Below, piece by piece: positions 1-13,300 of a stretch of 64,000 nt of DNA. The notes beneath the pieces were generated by a model, which had not been told where the DNA came from, did not search any database, and saw nothing but the letters and a program-made list of their open reading frames with translations. Each line of letters opens with the position of its first letter. The first letter of the stretch is position 1. Position numbers and translations under genes: made by a program. Source of the DNA: Chara braunii (Eukaryota > Plantae > Charophyceae); contig BFEA01000010.1 in assembly GCA_003427395.1 (NCBI GenBank), positions 6,078,144-6,142,143 on the forward strand, in the 5' to 3' direction.

Positions 1-278
1 AGCATAGCGATAGGTTAGAGGCAGCCATAGCTGCCATAGCTGTAGTTAGTAGCGAGTGTGTGTTGTGTTCGAGTGTTAGAGTGATGCGTGTGGGATATCC
101 AGGGTGATCCAGTGTATGTGAACAGTGAGATGTTTGGGCGCTGAAGTCGCCATAGCCATTTGAGAGTGAATTCGTATCTGAAGCCATATCTCTGAGTTTT
201 GAGTGGGCGCATGTCGCCAGTGTGCTGTGTTACTGTTTACATGTGTGAAAAGTGTGTTTGAAAACGAGTCTGATTGCA
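1..278 (+). repeat. 3' part of an LTR of family D (cut by window edge)
   Basis: Reverse complement of 55330-55640 and 62562-62870. Ends ...GATTGCA, with no PBS following. Confidence 0.8.
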
Positions 279-449
279 GTAGGGAAGTGCTAGTGTTGCA
301 TTCCTCCTCTCCCACCCACCCCTTCTATGCTGCTGTGTTCTCTCATTTCTTCCCCCCAGCCTACCCTCTTCTTCTTTCCCGACGACATTGGTACGTTGCC
401 ACGTCAGTAGCGACACATCAGCCGACAGCCGTGCCACATCAGCAGAAGA

Positions 450-1445
450 TCAGTGCCATGTTAGCAGCTGCTGGTGCAACATCAGCCCCTGCCACTTGTT
501 CCTGTGGTGTATGCCACCAGTCACCCGCTCGAAGACGGTCGACATGGAGTAGAAGCAAAGGGGAAATTGATGAGGCCTATGAGGCCCGTGTATTGGACCA
601 ACTAGCTGAAGGGAAGAAGCGGGCGGACGCAGCCACAACCACACAGAAGAAGAGGGAGGAGGAGGCAGAAGAACAGCGTCGCCTCGCTGAGCAGCAGCCA
701 TTGGAGGACGAAGACGCAGCAAAGAAGACTGCCGACCAACAACATAGATCACACCGAGACACACTATTTGAAAACGAGGGGGAGCTCGAGGCACTAGCCA
801 GCGAATGGGCGGTGGCTGCCAGAGAGGACGATGGCTCTGACGAGGTGTGCGGCATGGCAACCACATTCGGACATGTGACCGTTTTGTCGCCACATGCACA
901 GCTCAGCAGGAGCCATCCGCTGCGTAGACACGCTGGTCAAACAGCAGGCTCAGCTCACTGCCCATCTGCTTGACCTCGTTCGCAGGCTGGAACAGCAGCC
1001 TGCAGCAGGCACACCCGCTGGATCCTCCAACTAGGGCGATCGCATCAACATGCTGGAGCATGACGTAGGTATTTTAAAGGACGGCGCTCAGCGACAACAG
1101 GCAACAAAATCGGCAGTGTGAACAGCAGATTTGTTCAGCAGCCGCCGGACCTACCTCGTCACCTCCCGAGCGCATACCGAAGTTCGATGGCCTTCCGATC
1201 TTCTGCATTGCCACGAAGACCGAGCCTATTCCTTGGTGGCGCCAATTTGAACTAGTACTGGACATCCACAAAATCCGCGACGCCAGCCATATAGGGGGGC
1301 ACGTGCCAAGCATGGCTGGACAATATGCCGTCCACGCACATGGTCGAAGTCTCTGAGCTGCACTTGAAGATCAGCTGAGCTGATCTCAGGGCAGCATGGC
1401 ACAAGCAGTTCCAAGTGGAGAAACTCCAAAACTTCCATCAGAACA
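450..1445 (+). pseudogene. Gypsy gag-like fragment (coiled coil + capsid-like remnant)
   Basis: E/K/Q-rich ORF (203-973) followed by decayed sequence similar in style to the gag at 43000-44300. Confidence 0.55.
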
Positions 1446-2059
1446 ACCTGCCAAGCGCGGACTAGATTACCGAGTGTATTTATACTTGCAGAGTATTTAT
1501 CATTCATTCTTATCAAAATGAATTTACTGAAAACTTGGCTTTTGATCTTTTTTTGGGAAGAACAAAGCCAAAAATAACAAGTCAAATTCTTTAATTATTC
1601 CAATTCACTCTAATTCAACTCTATGTAATTATATGGTTTAATTTTATATTTGCAAGGAACATGAATATGGACGAAGCACAGAAACCCAGATTGCAAAATC
1701 ACACTGAAGTCCAAGTAGTCAAAGCAAGAGTAGATAGCACAATGGAACCGAGTAACCATCCATTTGAGAATGATACAGAAGAATCGTGAGTCAATGTCCA
1801 AGCCCAACAGGGCAACACCAACAGCATAACTCAATGTAGCTCTCTCTCTTGAATGGCGCCAGGCGCCCTACCTACTCCACAGCCTATCTCTGCAACTACA
1901 GCTATGAAGCAACCAGACAACTTGACGACCAGCGAGTGATGACGTCAACACCAATGCCGACCTCCACCTCCACCAGGTTTGTCTCCTCCTTCACCCACAC
2001 TCTCCCTTGTTATCCCACACAGCGCCCTTCACCTCCGAAGAACCACCTTCGCCCTTCAC

Positions 2060-2682
2060 CCCTCTGCGCACACAGGCAGCCCGGCTATGGCCGCCAGCGC
2101 CCTGCGCCCACAGGCAGCGCCCTACCGCCTAGCGCTGTCCTGCTCCCCTCAGCCTTAGCGCAGCGCAGCATGCATGCAACGCAGCAGCGTGCCGGCCTTG
2201 CTCGCAATGGCCAAGATCCCTGCCCACTCGCCCTGCTTGCCTATATGCCACTGTTGCGTGTGGGCGGCCTCCCTTCAGCCTGCGTCTGGGCCCCAATACC
2301 TGAGCCCAGGCCCGATGCAGTTGAGGCCCAGGAGATGCAGTTGTGCCTCTTTCATCAAGAGGCAAGCAAGCGGCCAGATTCAGATAGTGGGCCATTTTCG
2401 GCCTCTACATCCAGCATGCATTGTCGGCCTCACGTTTATGTGCCCAGGGCCTAACCAACTCAGGGGCCCTGGGATTTCCGCATTTGCAGAGATCTGAGAC
2501 TCAGTGCACTCCAACCAAGTGGCGTGCTGCAACTGTATGGACCCCACTTCGTGAAATGTTTGCACAGAGGGCTCTTGTTGATTTGCTGGCCCGCCTTCAC
2601 TTAGGGCAGGCACTAGGCTTGCTGGGGCCTTAGCCCAGAACATGGACATCATGGCAAGCCCCTTCTTGAGGGCTCAATCCTC
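2060..2682. repeat. Unclassified dispersed repeat, copy 1
   Basis: Shares ordered blocks (cccggctatggc, caacca.tggcgtgctgcaactgt, cttcactta.ggcaggcac, gagggctcaa.tcctc) with 4170-4980. Confidence 0.6.
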
Positions 2683-3239
2683 ACATATTCTTTACTTATT
2701 TCTTTATTATATGAAGATTATTATATAAAAGATATGACTATTTTAGAATATTATTAGAATACTATAGATATGCCTATTTTAGTAATACGTACCAACACTT
2801 GGTGTCCACGCCCGACTTGCCGCTCACCTTTTTGGGCATCAAGCACTTCTTCATCACAAGGTCGTACCCGACATTGCAAAACACATCGTCGCGAGTTGCG
2901 GAGACACTCACCACAAGTGAGCTATAATTTGATAAGGCCTTGCGGATTATTCTGACGAATGCGGAAGCCAAGAACATTGGCCGTTCCTCTTCAGTAGGCT
3001 AGGGAAGATATCAGCATCGACCGAAAGTGGTCGTGGTCGTGGCAACAACTCCGACGGACCCTTGTAACGAGGCTGTTTCTTCTGACGAGGGAGACAAATT
3101 CGCAGCCACCCGAGACGGTGGCCGTCCCACAAAAGGGCAAGGACGCGGCACATCGAAGACGCACACCACTTCATTCCCCACGGACGGACCAGAAGCTCAA
3201 AACCCTGGGACACATTATGGTCTTTCGTATACAGGATCC

Positions 3240-4002
3240 ATACGAAAACCAATATTGCTTGTGGTGCAACAGCGACCTCCATGAGACAATCGGCTGTCCC
3301 ACAAAGGACAAGGGGAAGTCCCATTTGGGGAAGTGAGGACCGCCGAGAGTGATGCTGCTCCACTCTTGACGCCTTCGGAACTGGTTGCTGCGTGAGCAAC
3401 CTCCCTTCGTTCCGAGGCAGATGCGAGTTCAACATAGAGATCTTAGACCCGTTGACGTCCGATGATTTCGCATGGCTTCCTCCCCCTTCCACAGGCTGCT
3501 AACCGGGACCTCAATGCGAAGCACTATGCACCCAAATCCACACAAACTTCGCTGACAGATGACAAAGTTGCAGTGGTATGACGACAACAACCCACCGCTC
3601 CTTTCTATCCGCAATGCGCAGCACTATGCACCCAAATCCACACATACTTAGCCTTCTATGCACCACCAACTTCGCTGACAGATGACAAAGCTGCAGTGGT
3701 ACGACGACAACAACGCACCGCTCCTTTATATCCGCATCCAAGTTGGGCAAGCGCCCTGCAGTGCTTTGCTGGATAGCGGCGCGACTAGCAATTTCATGAG
3801 CCAGTCGTTTATCCAAAGGGTCGGCTTTGACGCACAAGTTCGAAGAAAGATGGCGGACGGTCGGACGCAACAACAACTTGATCACTACATTCAAGTCGTG
3901 CCGGTCTATTTCGCACCTCATGCATGCGAACCTTGGACACGGACTTCGACATCATTTTGGGGATGCCTTGGCTTGCAAGTGCGGATCACACAATCAATTT
4001 AA
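3240..4002 (+). pseudogene. Gypsy gag zinc knuckle + aspartic protease fragment
   Basis: CLWCNSDLHETIGC (CX2CX4HX4C) and ALLDSGATSNFMS protease motif. Internal duplication at 3518-3740. Confidence 0.8.
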
Positions 4003-4169
4003 CCGGCTATGGCTGCTAAGAGCCCGCGGCACCAGCACTGCACAACACCAATGCAGACCACCAGCATACACCAGGTACGTTCTCTCTCCTCTCACATCAC
4101 CCCTTGACTTCCCACAGTGTGCATCCCCAACACCCAAGGATCACCATCAACATCACCAGCCTCCACTGA

Positions 4170-4980
4170 GCAACCCCGGCTATGGCTGCTCGGCGCCCGC
4201 GGCACCAGCAGTGCACAACACCACAATGCGCCCGTATGCGCCTCTTCCTGTCCTTGGCCTGCCAGTGGCCTCCAGCGCTCAAACCAGCAGCGCTGCCGCC
4301 AGCAAGCCTACGGCTAGCATCCCCCCTGGCTGTCGTGCTCACTTTCAAGTGAGCTCTGCTTTGTCAAGCTCTGGGCCTGGCTGGACGAGTTTCCAGTAGC
4401 TTCCAGCCAGGCCCCAGTGTCTGCGCCCAGGCCCTCAGTTGCTGTTACGGGCTTGGGCCCTTCACGGTTGGGCATGCCCAGGCAGCCCATGAGGCTACAA
4501 GTGTTCGCCACAATCTCATTGGCAGCTGGCCAGTGTGTGACGAAGATGATGCGTTCTCATTGGCCCGCAGCCATTCTGTGATGTGTCACTCCCAGAGCCT
4601 CAACTGTAAGTGCCCTGGGCTCAACTGCCTCTCGAGCTGCTGCTTCCGGAAGAAGCCAGGGAAAGGCTCACGTTACCCTGCAACCAACTGGCGTGCTGCA
4701 ACTGTCTGATACCCCACATGCAGAATTGACAAAAATAGGCCTCATAAATATTCTGGCCCTCCTTCACTTACGGCAGGCACAAATCTGTAGGGGGCCTCAG
4801 CCCAGATGTGGGGTGAGCCCTGGAAGAGCCACTGTGCAGATTCAGGCCTGCATATAGATTCCAACAGCCCTTTAGCATGATCACACTGGCCTGTGCCCAG
4901 GCCTTGGCACATATTAGCAGGCCCACCTTCACTTAGGGCGGGTGAGCCCTTTTCCAGCACTGTCGAGGGCTCAAATCCTC
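4170..4980. repeat. Unclassified dispersed repeat, copy 2
   Basis: Homologous to 2060-2682. Confidence 0.6.
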
Positions 4981-5090
4981 GGAAAGGAACAAAAAGGAAA
5001 GAAAGAAGAGAAAGAAAGGCAGAACGGGCAGGACAGAATAGCATGGGCCTATTGGTGCAGGTTTGTCCACATTGGTGTCAGCAGGCGTAC

Positions 5091-5231
5091 CGTTCGCTGA
5101 TTGACAACATCTTGAACCTCCTTCATCGCAACAGAGAACTCCATGACTGTCCAGGTAAGCATGTTGAAAAGGCGATTCAGAAAAGATGCAAAGAGCTTCT
5201 CATCAGACGTACATTTCTTCTGCAGAAGTCG
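5091..5231 (-). CDS. RKP: RKP E3 ligase internal exon (RLLQKKC...FLNRLFNMLTWTVMEFSVAMKEVQ...)
   Basis: AG at 5232-33 and GT at 5089-90. 141 bp. FLNRLFNxLxWTxxEFSV motif. The remaining 3' exons (RING) should lie left of the window. Confidence 0.93.
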
Positions 5232-5527
5232 CTGCAAATAAAAAACAGCCAGTCCAACCAAGGTGTCAAACAGGATTGAAGAGTGATACAAGGAATACAG
5301 GCCATCATTCTCAGCACTCCCTCAAGTGTGGTGTGCTGCGTGAAGGTCGCCATACTCTCATCAAGTCCGAAAGACAGGAAGCAATTACACCACCACTTTC
5401 TCAAGTGTGGTGTGCTGCATGAAAGTCACCATACTCTTGTCATTTCAACCAATGCAATTGCAGAAAAAATTCTGTACAATCAATCAATGATGACACACGG
5501 CAATACTATTAGGTTGCCTTAGCTGAC

Positions 5528-5716
5528 CTGGAATAACGGTGAAGTACCACCACCATGCGATGACGGCGCATTTGACGCACCAAACCCCCCTCCCTTGCAC
5601 AACCGTAGCAGAATGCTTGAGACAGGAATCCAGAACCTGTTGTCAAAAGCCTCCAAAAGGGCACCCACCATGCTCTCTCGAGCTGTGCGGCTAGCTTCAA
5701 ATGCTGCCATATATTC
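5528..5716 (-). CDS. RKP: RKP E3 ligase internal exon (EYMAAFE...AFDNRFWIPVSSILLRLCKGGGF...FQ)
   Basis: AG at 5717-18 and GT at 5526-27. 189 bp, phase 0/0. AFDNRxWIPV motif. Confidence 0.95.
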
Positions 5717-8419
5717 CTGCAGTACATCACACACGATCCAGCAGAGCACCATCACACCAATTAAACTTTGCACATATTACATAACTGAACATGTGACCTT
5801 GAGCAATATGGGATGACCCCAAGATCTTTAGTCTTCATCATACATCAAGCATCTGATCTTCTCACATCGTTTCCTGTTTTCCTCCTCAAGAAATAGAGAA
5901 GATTCCATTACTTCATCCTTTCCAAATGACAGTCTCATGTGAGACCCGCTATCGGTGCTGGGAAAGGCCAAAGCCGGCCCGAAGTGTTCCTTTCGGGCAC
6001 ATTTTGGAGCGAGGCGCATTTTGGAAACGGCTGTGGCAAAGGGGCGGGCTCAAAGCATTCCTTTCAGCTGTGTTTCCGGACGGGGCGCCTTTCAGAGGGG
6101 AAGGAAAGGACAAGCGTGCTCGCCTTATGTGGCCGAGGCAAGGGTGCATCAAGAGATGCATTCCCAAAGGCGCGTTGGACGGACGAGGAAGACGGACGAG
6201 GAGGAGCGGTGCATTCCCAAAGGCGGGTTGGCAAGGACGGACAGGGAGAAGGAGGGAGCAGGAAGGAGGCGGGGGGAGGAGGGCGATAACAATGGAGGGA
6301 GGGAATCTTGGCGGAGAATGTAGTAGGGGGAGGAGCAAGGAGGGGGGAAAAGCAGGCAGTCACTATTGACAATTGCCAGGCACAACAGGAGGACGGACAA
6401 GGAAGACAGACGAGGAGGAGGGAGGAGGGAGATGTAGGGAGAAGGGCGACGACGATGGAAGGATGATGGAAGCGGAGGAGAAGGGAAGATGAGGGAGGAG
6501 GATGGCGAGGATGTAAGATCGAGGCAGAGGATGGGGAAGGAGTGAGGAGATGGAGGATTGGCAGAGGAGGAGGACGGAGTATGGAGGCAGGGCGATGGAG
6601 GAGGAGGCCGGAGGACACACACACACAACAAAGCACGGGGAGGCCACAATGGAGCATGAGAACGAGGAGGACAACGGTACGAGGCAGGAATGTATTTTTT
6701 CATTTTTCTTTCTGAGTGTTTTCTTCCTCCCTTTTAAAACATGCCATCAAACATATTTAAAAAAAAACAAGATGGCCGAAAAGGAAAAGGAAAAGAGAAA
6801 AAAAATGCCATGCATCACTCAATTAATCAACGACAGGGTGGAGGAGGAGCCTATGATGGAGGAGGGTGAGGCGACGCCCACAATGGAGGACGCGGGGAAC
6901 GCCATGATCGGGGACAAACAAACACAAGGGTGACAACGATGAGGACCACGAGCAAATCGATGGAGGAGAAAGAGGACAGTCGAGGATTGAGGAGGAGGAG
7001 AGAGGACAGCGGCGACAACGCAGGGCAAAGAACGAAAGATGGAATACAGCAGGAGGACATACACAAACACACACACATGAGGGTGATGCACAAAGGCGAT
7101 AAATGGAGGGAGGATAGAGGGAGGAGAATAAGGGAGGATGGGCGGAGGAGGATGGAGGATGGAGGAGGAGGACAGAGGATGCACACACACACACATGCGA
7201 TGGTGAAGAGGATCGAGCAGAGCAAGGAGGAGATATTTTTTCCCGAAACTGTTTTTATTCTATATTTCAGGGTTGCACCCCCCGATGGTCGGCGGCCCTT
7301 GACTGGTCGGCTGCCGAACCGCCGACCGATCGGCTGGTCGGCACCTACCGGTCGAGGGGTGGTCGGCACCCCACAAAATATACATATATATTGGGGGGGG
7401 TCCAGAACCCTAATAACACCACCAACACCCCCATAGCGGCCCCGTTTACCCCCATACNNNNNNNNNNNNNNNNNNNNNNNNNNNNNNNNNNNNNNNNNNN
7501 NNNNNNNNNNNNNNNNNNNNNNNNNNNNNNNNNNNNNNNNNNNNNNNNNNNNNNNNNNNNNNNNNNNNNNNNNNNNNNNNNNNNNNNNNNNNNNNNNNNN
7601 NNNNNNNNNNNNNNNNNNNNNNNNNNNNNNNNNNNNNNNNNNNNNNNNNNNNNNNNNNNNNNNNNNNCCCCCAATACTCCCTATACCCCCCTTATACTGC
7701 AACCCCAGGCATGCAAGTAACGACAACACATGCGCACACGAACATGCAAATACCGGAGACTCGAAATCAATCAATCGATCAATCAAACAAGAAAGCTGGA
7801 AACGGGTTAGGCAAGCTTCAACGGCAGGCAGGGAGGGACGGGGAGAGAGAGAACCCCTGCCCTCTTTCCCAGTCTCTGGGAGGATTTCCTGGGCTTAAGC
7901 TGTTGGTGGCAAGTGAGGGATGGGTGAAAAGCAAGAGAGAGAGCGCGAAGAGGAAGGGGGTTGTCCACCCCGCATAGCTGCAGCGCGCAACTGCTTGTTC
8001 ATTTATTTCATCATTGTCCTAGAGAAGTACAAAAAAGAATTAAAGGTAATAAAGTAGGCAATGTGGTAAAAAAGAAGAAACTATGTCCTAGATCGGATTT
8101 TTACAAACACGTACTCTCTGCTTCAGCACAACAAAACCAGCACAACAAAACTTCATGTTCCCTGCTTTAAATTTTTTTGTTCTTCAGGCAATAATTTTGG
8201 GAGGCGGATGACGGCACCGCTTCCACACAGCACACCACCACACAGATTAAGTCCTTCCCACATGTACAAACTCTTCTGATATCCTGACATTCTGCTTCAG
8301 GGCAAGATTTCAGCTGATCCATTCTGCCGAGGTTGCATTGAGAATCAATGTGCCCCATAGGGCCCATACATCAATTAGCCGACTCCAGAACCATCTGCAC
8401 ACCTGTGCGAGGCACACAC

Positions 8420-8602
8420 CTTGTACTGGAGAAGCACAGAAATTGACTGCAGGAGGGCATCTCTGACATCTGGATTTGCAATCCGAGCATCGTTGAAGTG
8501 CATGACAAGAAAAGTTGCCATTGGTGACAATCCCTTGCGCATAAGGGCCGCAGGTGGCACAACAGGGGGATCGCTTCTTCGAAGGGCATGAAAAGAGTCC
8601 AT
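8420..8602 (-). CDS. RKP: RKP E3 ligase internal exon (MDSFHALRRSDPP...LLQSISVLLQYK)
   Basis: AG at 8603-04 and GT at 8418-19. 183 bp, phase 0/0. FHxLRxSDPP and LLQSISVLxQYK motifs. Confidence 0.95.
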
Positions 8603-8739
8603 CTGCATTTCAAAAGCCACACCACCCCCAAAAGCCACACGGACAATGACACAGGCGTACAATCACGATCACAAGCTGGGCAGTGGTGGCAATTTAGACA
8701 GCCACCTGAACCATCATGATAACCTTTATACTCCCCAGC

Positions 8740-8989
8740 TCATACAGAAGCAACCGAGGCTCAGGCCAGATCAAAGCTCTGATCTCTCTCTCTCTCTCTC
8801 TCCCCGTCTCATATAGAAGCAACCGAGGCTGAGAGGCCCCTCCCTCTCTCTCTGTGTGTGTGTGTGTGTGTGTTACATGCTGAGCCTGCACACGGGCCCC
8901 CAGATCAAAGCTCCCATCTCTCTCTCTCTCTCTCTTCCCCCCCCCATCTCATACAGAAGCAACCGAGGCTGACGCCAGATCGATGTTCA

Positions 8990-9025
<36 letters not shown>

Positions 9026-9050
9026 TGTGTGTATTACATGCTGAGCCTGC
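8740..9050. repeat. Compound tandem repeat with (CT)n/(GT)n microsatellites
   Basis: Repeated ctcatacagaagcaaccgaggct and ttacatgctgagcctgca units. Confidence 0.7.
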
Positions 9051-9530
9051 AAACGGGGCCCATTTCGAGGGCCAGGCGGTTGCTGAGGGGCCCCCCAGGC
9101 CGTGCACACTTCAGACGTGCACCCTGGAGGCCCACGGCGGCCCTTAGGCCGGAGGTTTCGATTCCAGGCAGCATTTATTTATTTATTTGTTTGCTGTCCA
9201 ATTTTTGTCTGCTCAGACATCATTTCAGACTTGCAGTCCCACAGGCCGCGCCTTGGGCTGGGTACACCAGGACGACCCAAACCATGTGGGCCGTTTTCAG
9301 GCCGAAGCGAGATCGCACCGGCGAGGCCCAGCGCTATACATAGCTGGGCCAGGCCAGGGCTCACACACAGTTCACGTAGCTCACTTCTGGAGCAACACGC
9401 TGCTGGAGCAGCACTGCAACGCTACAGCGCTACGCTAGGAGGTAAAGGTAGAGGCGTAGGTAGGCAGAGGGGCGGAGGCCATACCTACGTCGGAGGTACT
9501 TACCTGGGCCTCATAGCTGCGCCCCATGGG
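9032..9530 (+). repeat. Partial LTR of family C
   Basis: Reverse-complement homologue of ~49930-50442. Confidence 0.65.
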
Positions 9531-10319
9531 TGACGAGCGCGAGGCTGAGGGAGAGGCGAGGGGGAGGAGAGAGAGAGGGAGAGAGTGAGAGCACACACAC
9601 ACACTCACTCACTCGACACGACTGAGGGTCGGACGCAGACACAATGGCAAGGGCACAAAGTCGAAGTCTTGGATTCCGAATGCCCAGACAGCAAGTCACA
9701 CTGAGTACAAGGACAGCAGATGAAAACTGGTACGAGACTGATTCCCATACTGTACGGGGAGCCGGTATAAGTACCGGTGACACGTCCGGTACCAGGGGCA
9801 CTTCCGCAAAAGCCCCAAGGGCAGAACTGTAAAATGCGGTATTTGAAAGTGGCGCCCGAATTGCAGCATGGCGCCAGTTGTCCAAAATCCGACAGTACCA
9901 AAGGAGGGGTTTGGAAAAACGGATGCCAGGCCGAAAACGGGATGCGGCAGAAACAGCAAAAAGATAGACCAGGGAACAGTGAGGCAGCAGGCCATCGTCC
10001 TCGTGCGCTTGCCATTAGTCCTTTATCGCCGGCGTCACACAGGTTCATAAGCATTGGACAAGAGAGACAAGGTAGTGGAGAGGACAGATGGGACAAGGCT
10101 AGGCAAGGGCAAGCACAGATCAGACATCAGAAATCGGGGTCGAGGGGAGGGTGGACTGGGTTCAACGGGGTTGCGAGGTTGTAGCAAGGTTTATACAAGG
10201 GTTTAGGGTTGTGGTTACGTGGGTGTCTAGGACATAGGAGTAGCACGATCATAGGCGCGGACAAGTTTCATGGCATTCTTGAGATTCGAGAGAGGTTCCC
10301 ATGTAGATTTCTCGTCGGG

Positions 10320-13300
10320 TTATCCAGTCCATTTGACTTTGTATTCAGTGATTGGTTCCGGGTGGTCAGATACCTGAGTAGTTCGTCGACCTATGATTGC
10401 TTCAACAACAAATTCAGGGCTTGTGGGTAACATGCTAGGTGGAGGTCTAGGATACGGGCGGTCAGCGAATTGGGGTGGGGATTCATGATATTCTTTCAAG
10501 TATTCGACGTGGAAGACCGCATCGACGCGGCTCATGTCGGGGGGGAGTTGGAGTTTGTAGTTGACGTCGGAGGTTTTTTCAATGACGGGGAAGGGTCCGA
10601 GACATTTGTTCGAGAGTTTTTTTGACAACCCATGTTCGGGTTCAAAGCATTTTGCAGACAGCCAGACTTTGTCCCCTACTTTGAATTGCAAGTCTTGTCT
10701 GTGTTTGTTGATCTTGTTTGCTTGTTGTTCTTGTGTTCCTTCGAGGGCTTCAGTTGCTTCTCTGAGGAGTCGATTCATTGTTGCTACCCATTCATTGAGG
10801 GAAGGGCAACGTGTGGAAGGGTTGAGTTCCGAGGGAAGCCGGAAATCAGAGGGCACGCTCGAATGGTAGCCAAGGTCAAGGTAGAATAGAGAAACCAGTG
10901 GAAGGACAAACAACGTTGTTGTAGGCGATCTCGACGACGGTGAGCTACCCATTCATTGAGGGAAGGGCAAGGTGTGGAAGGGTTCAGTTGCGAGGGAAGC
11001 CGAACATCAGAGGGCACACACGAATGGTAGCCAAGGTCAAGGTAGAATGGAGACATTGGGACAGACAACGTTGTTCTAGGCGATCTCGGCGGCGGTGAGC
11101 AACTGATCCCAGTCGTGTTGATGTGGATGACAATACTTCCGTAGGATTCCTTGGAGAGTATCGTTCATCTTCTCTCGGTTTGTCCATCGGTCTGTGGGTG
11201 GAATGCAGTGCTATACTTGAGTATTTCCGTAGGCGTTGAAGAGTTGTTTCCAGAACTGTGAGCGGAAACGGGGATCGCGGTCGCTGATGATATTCTCGGG
11301 GAGGCCGTGGTAACGTGCAGAATGGTCGAAGAAGAGTAAGGCGATTGTCTTTGGCGGTGTGCTAGGTGGAGCTAGGAATGAAGTGGGCGTGTTTGGTCAG
11401 GCAACAGACAATGACGTAGATGCAATCATGCCCGCGGTCGGTCTTAGGGAGACCGCACACAAAGTCCATGGAAATGGACTGCCACCGGTGAGTGGGGATG
11501 GGCAATGATTGGAGCTTGCCGGGTTTTGCCCGGTTCGAGGGGTTGACAACCTGACACATGGGACATGAGCGAATGTATGTTTTGACGTCGGCGAGTAGAG
11601 AATGTCAATAGAAGTAGCGGGAGATGGTGTCAAAAGTTTCCTGGAAACCGAGGTCACCTGCAGTCTTGGCGTCCTGGTCCTCGGCCAAGAGCTGCGTATA
11701 GAGACCACATGTGTCGGGGATGCACAGTCGGCGAGTGCCTTTGGTGTCGATGTAGAGGAGGTTGTCGTTGAGGGAGTAGTCGAGGACAGGGTCAAGATCA
11801 CGACGCTTTTTGTAAATGGCGACGAAGTCTGCGCAAGAGAGGTAGCCTTGAGTGTATCGGTGACGAAGTGATGGGAGGAGCTGGATATGGGTCATGGCGG
11901 CGTAGACTTTCTCGGGGGGCTTGCAATCGGGTCATCGAGAGAGGGCTTCAGCAACGCGGTTGCTTTTGGCGGGGGTATGACAAATGGTGAATGTGAACTG
12001 GCCAAGGAAGTCGAGCCATCGAGCTTGGCGTGGGGTGATGTCTTTCTTGGTGAGGATGGAAGAAACGATGGTGTTGTCAGTGCGGATGGTGAAGTATTGC
12101 CCGTCGAGGTACGGGCGCCAGACTGTGAGGGCGTGAATCACGACGAGTTCCTTCTCGTTGGAGGGGTAATTCATCTCCGTGGGAAGGAGCGTCTTGCTTG
12201 CGAAGGCGATGGGTATTCGCTGGGTGGAGCCTCGAGGTGAGTGGGCGAGACCTTGATGGAGGGGGTCTCAACGGTGTCGCGAGGGACATGTTGGGACAGT
12301 ACGGCTCCAATGGCGAAGTCGAAGGCATCAGTGGTGACATAGAAATGCGAGTGGGGTCGGCGATCTTACGGACAGGGGTCGTGGTGATGGTTTGCTCGGG
12401 GAAGTCGAAAGCGTGTTGGCGGCGATCGTTCCAATTGAAGGGCTCGTCCTTGCGTGTGGGGTCGGCGATCTTGAGGATAGGGGCCGTGGTGATGGTTTGC
12501 TCGCGGAAGTCGAAAGTGTGTTGGCGGCCATCGTTCCAATTGAAGGGCTCGTCCTTGTGTGTGAGTTCGTGGAGAGGGTAAGAGATCACGAAAAAGTTGG
12601 GTGGTAATAGTTGGCAAGGTCGAGGAAGGAACGGTTGGGCGGGGGATACTCGACGAGGGTTGTGACCTTCGAGGGGTCCATACGGATGCCTTCAGCGAAG
12701 ACAATGTGGCCAAGGTATTCAACGCTCGAAGCGGCAATCGTACATTTGTTGAGCTTGGCGTAGAATTTTTGCTCCCGGAGGATCGAGACGACTTGGCGAA
12801 TGTGCTGAAGGTGGGACTCGAAGGTGGGGCTAAAGATGAGGATGTCATCAAGGTACACGACGACACAGACTTCGAGGAGGTCATGGAAGATGTGGTTCAT
12901 GGTGGACTGGATATGGCGGGGGCATTGGTGAGTCCGAAAGGCATTACGAGGAACTTGAACCGAGAGCGGAATGCGGTCTTGTGGGTGTCCTCCTCGCGCA
13001 TACAAATCTGGTGGAAGCCACTGCGGAGGTCGATCTTGGTGAAATATTTGGCTCCACGAAGGCGATGAAGAAGTTCAGATATCCGCGAGAGTGGGTACTT
13101 GTTCTTGATCGTGATCCGGTTAAAGGCACGGTAGTCTGTGCAAATGCGGAGTTTCGAGGTGCCGTTCTTCTTGACGGAGAGACAACTGGTTCCGAAGGGG
13201 GAGGAGCTAGGCTTAATGAATCCTTTTTCAAGGAGTTCATTGAGCTGGCGCTTCATTTCTTCGACCTCGGGGACGAAGAGTTGGTACGGAGGGCGGCAAG

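Noticed and set aside
1226-1585. Minus ORF containing 'VLEF' as the next RKP exon
   Set aside because: It is the antisense of a gag remnant and lacks the expected QRKC..IFELS..LARVLEF context.
5926-7786. Many overlapping long ORFs (also 27450-29270 and 61560-63920)
   Set aside because: Artefacts of purine/pyrimidine low-complexity tracts, N-gaps or LTR sequence.
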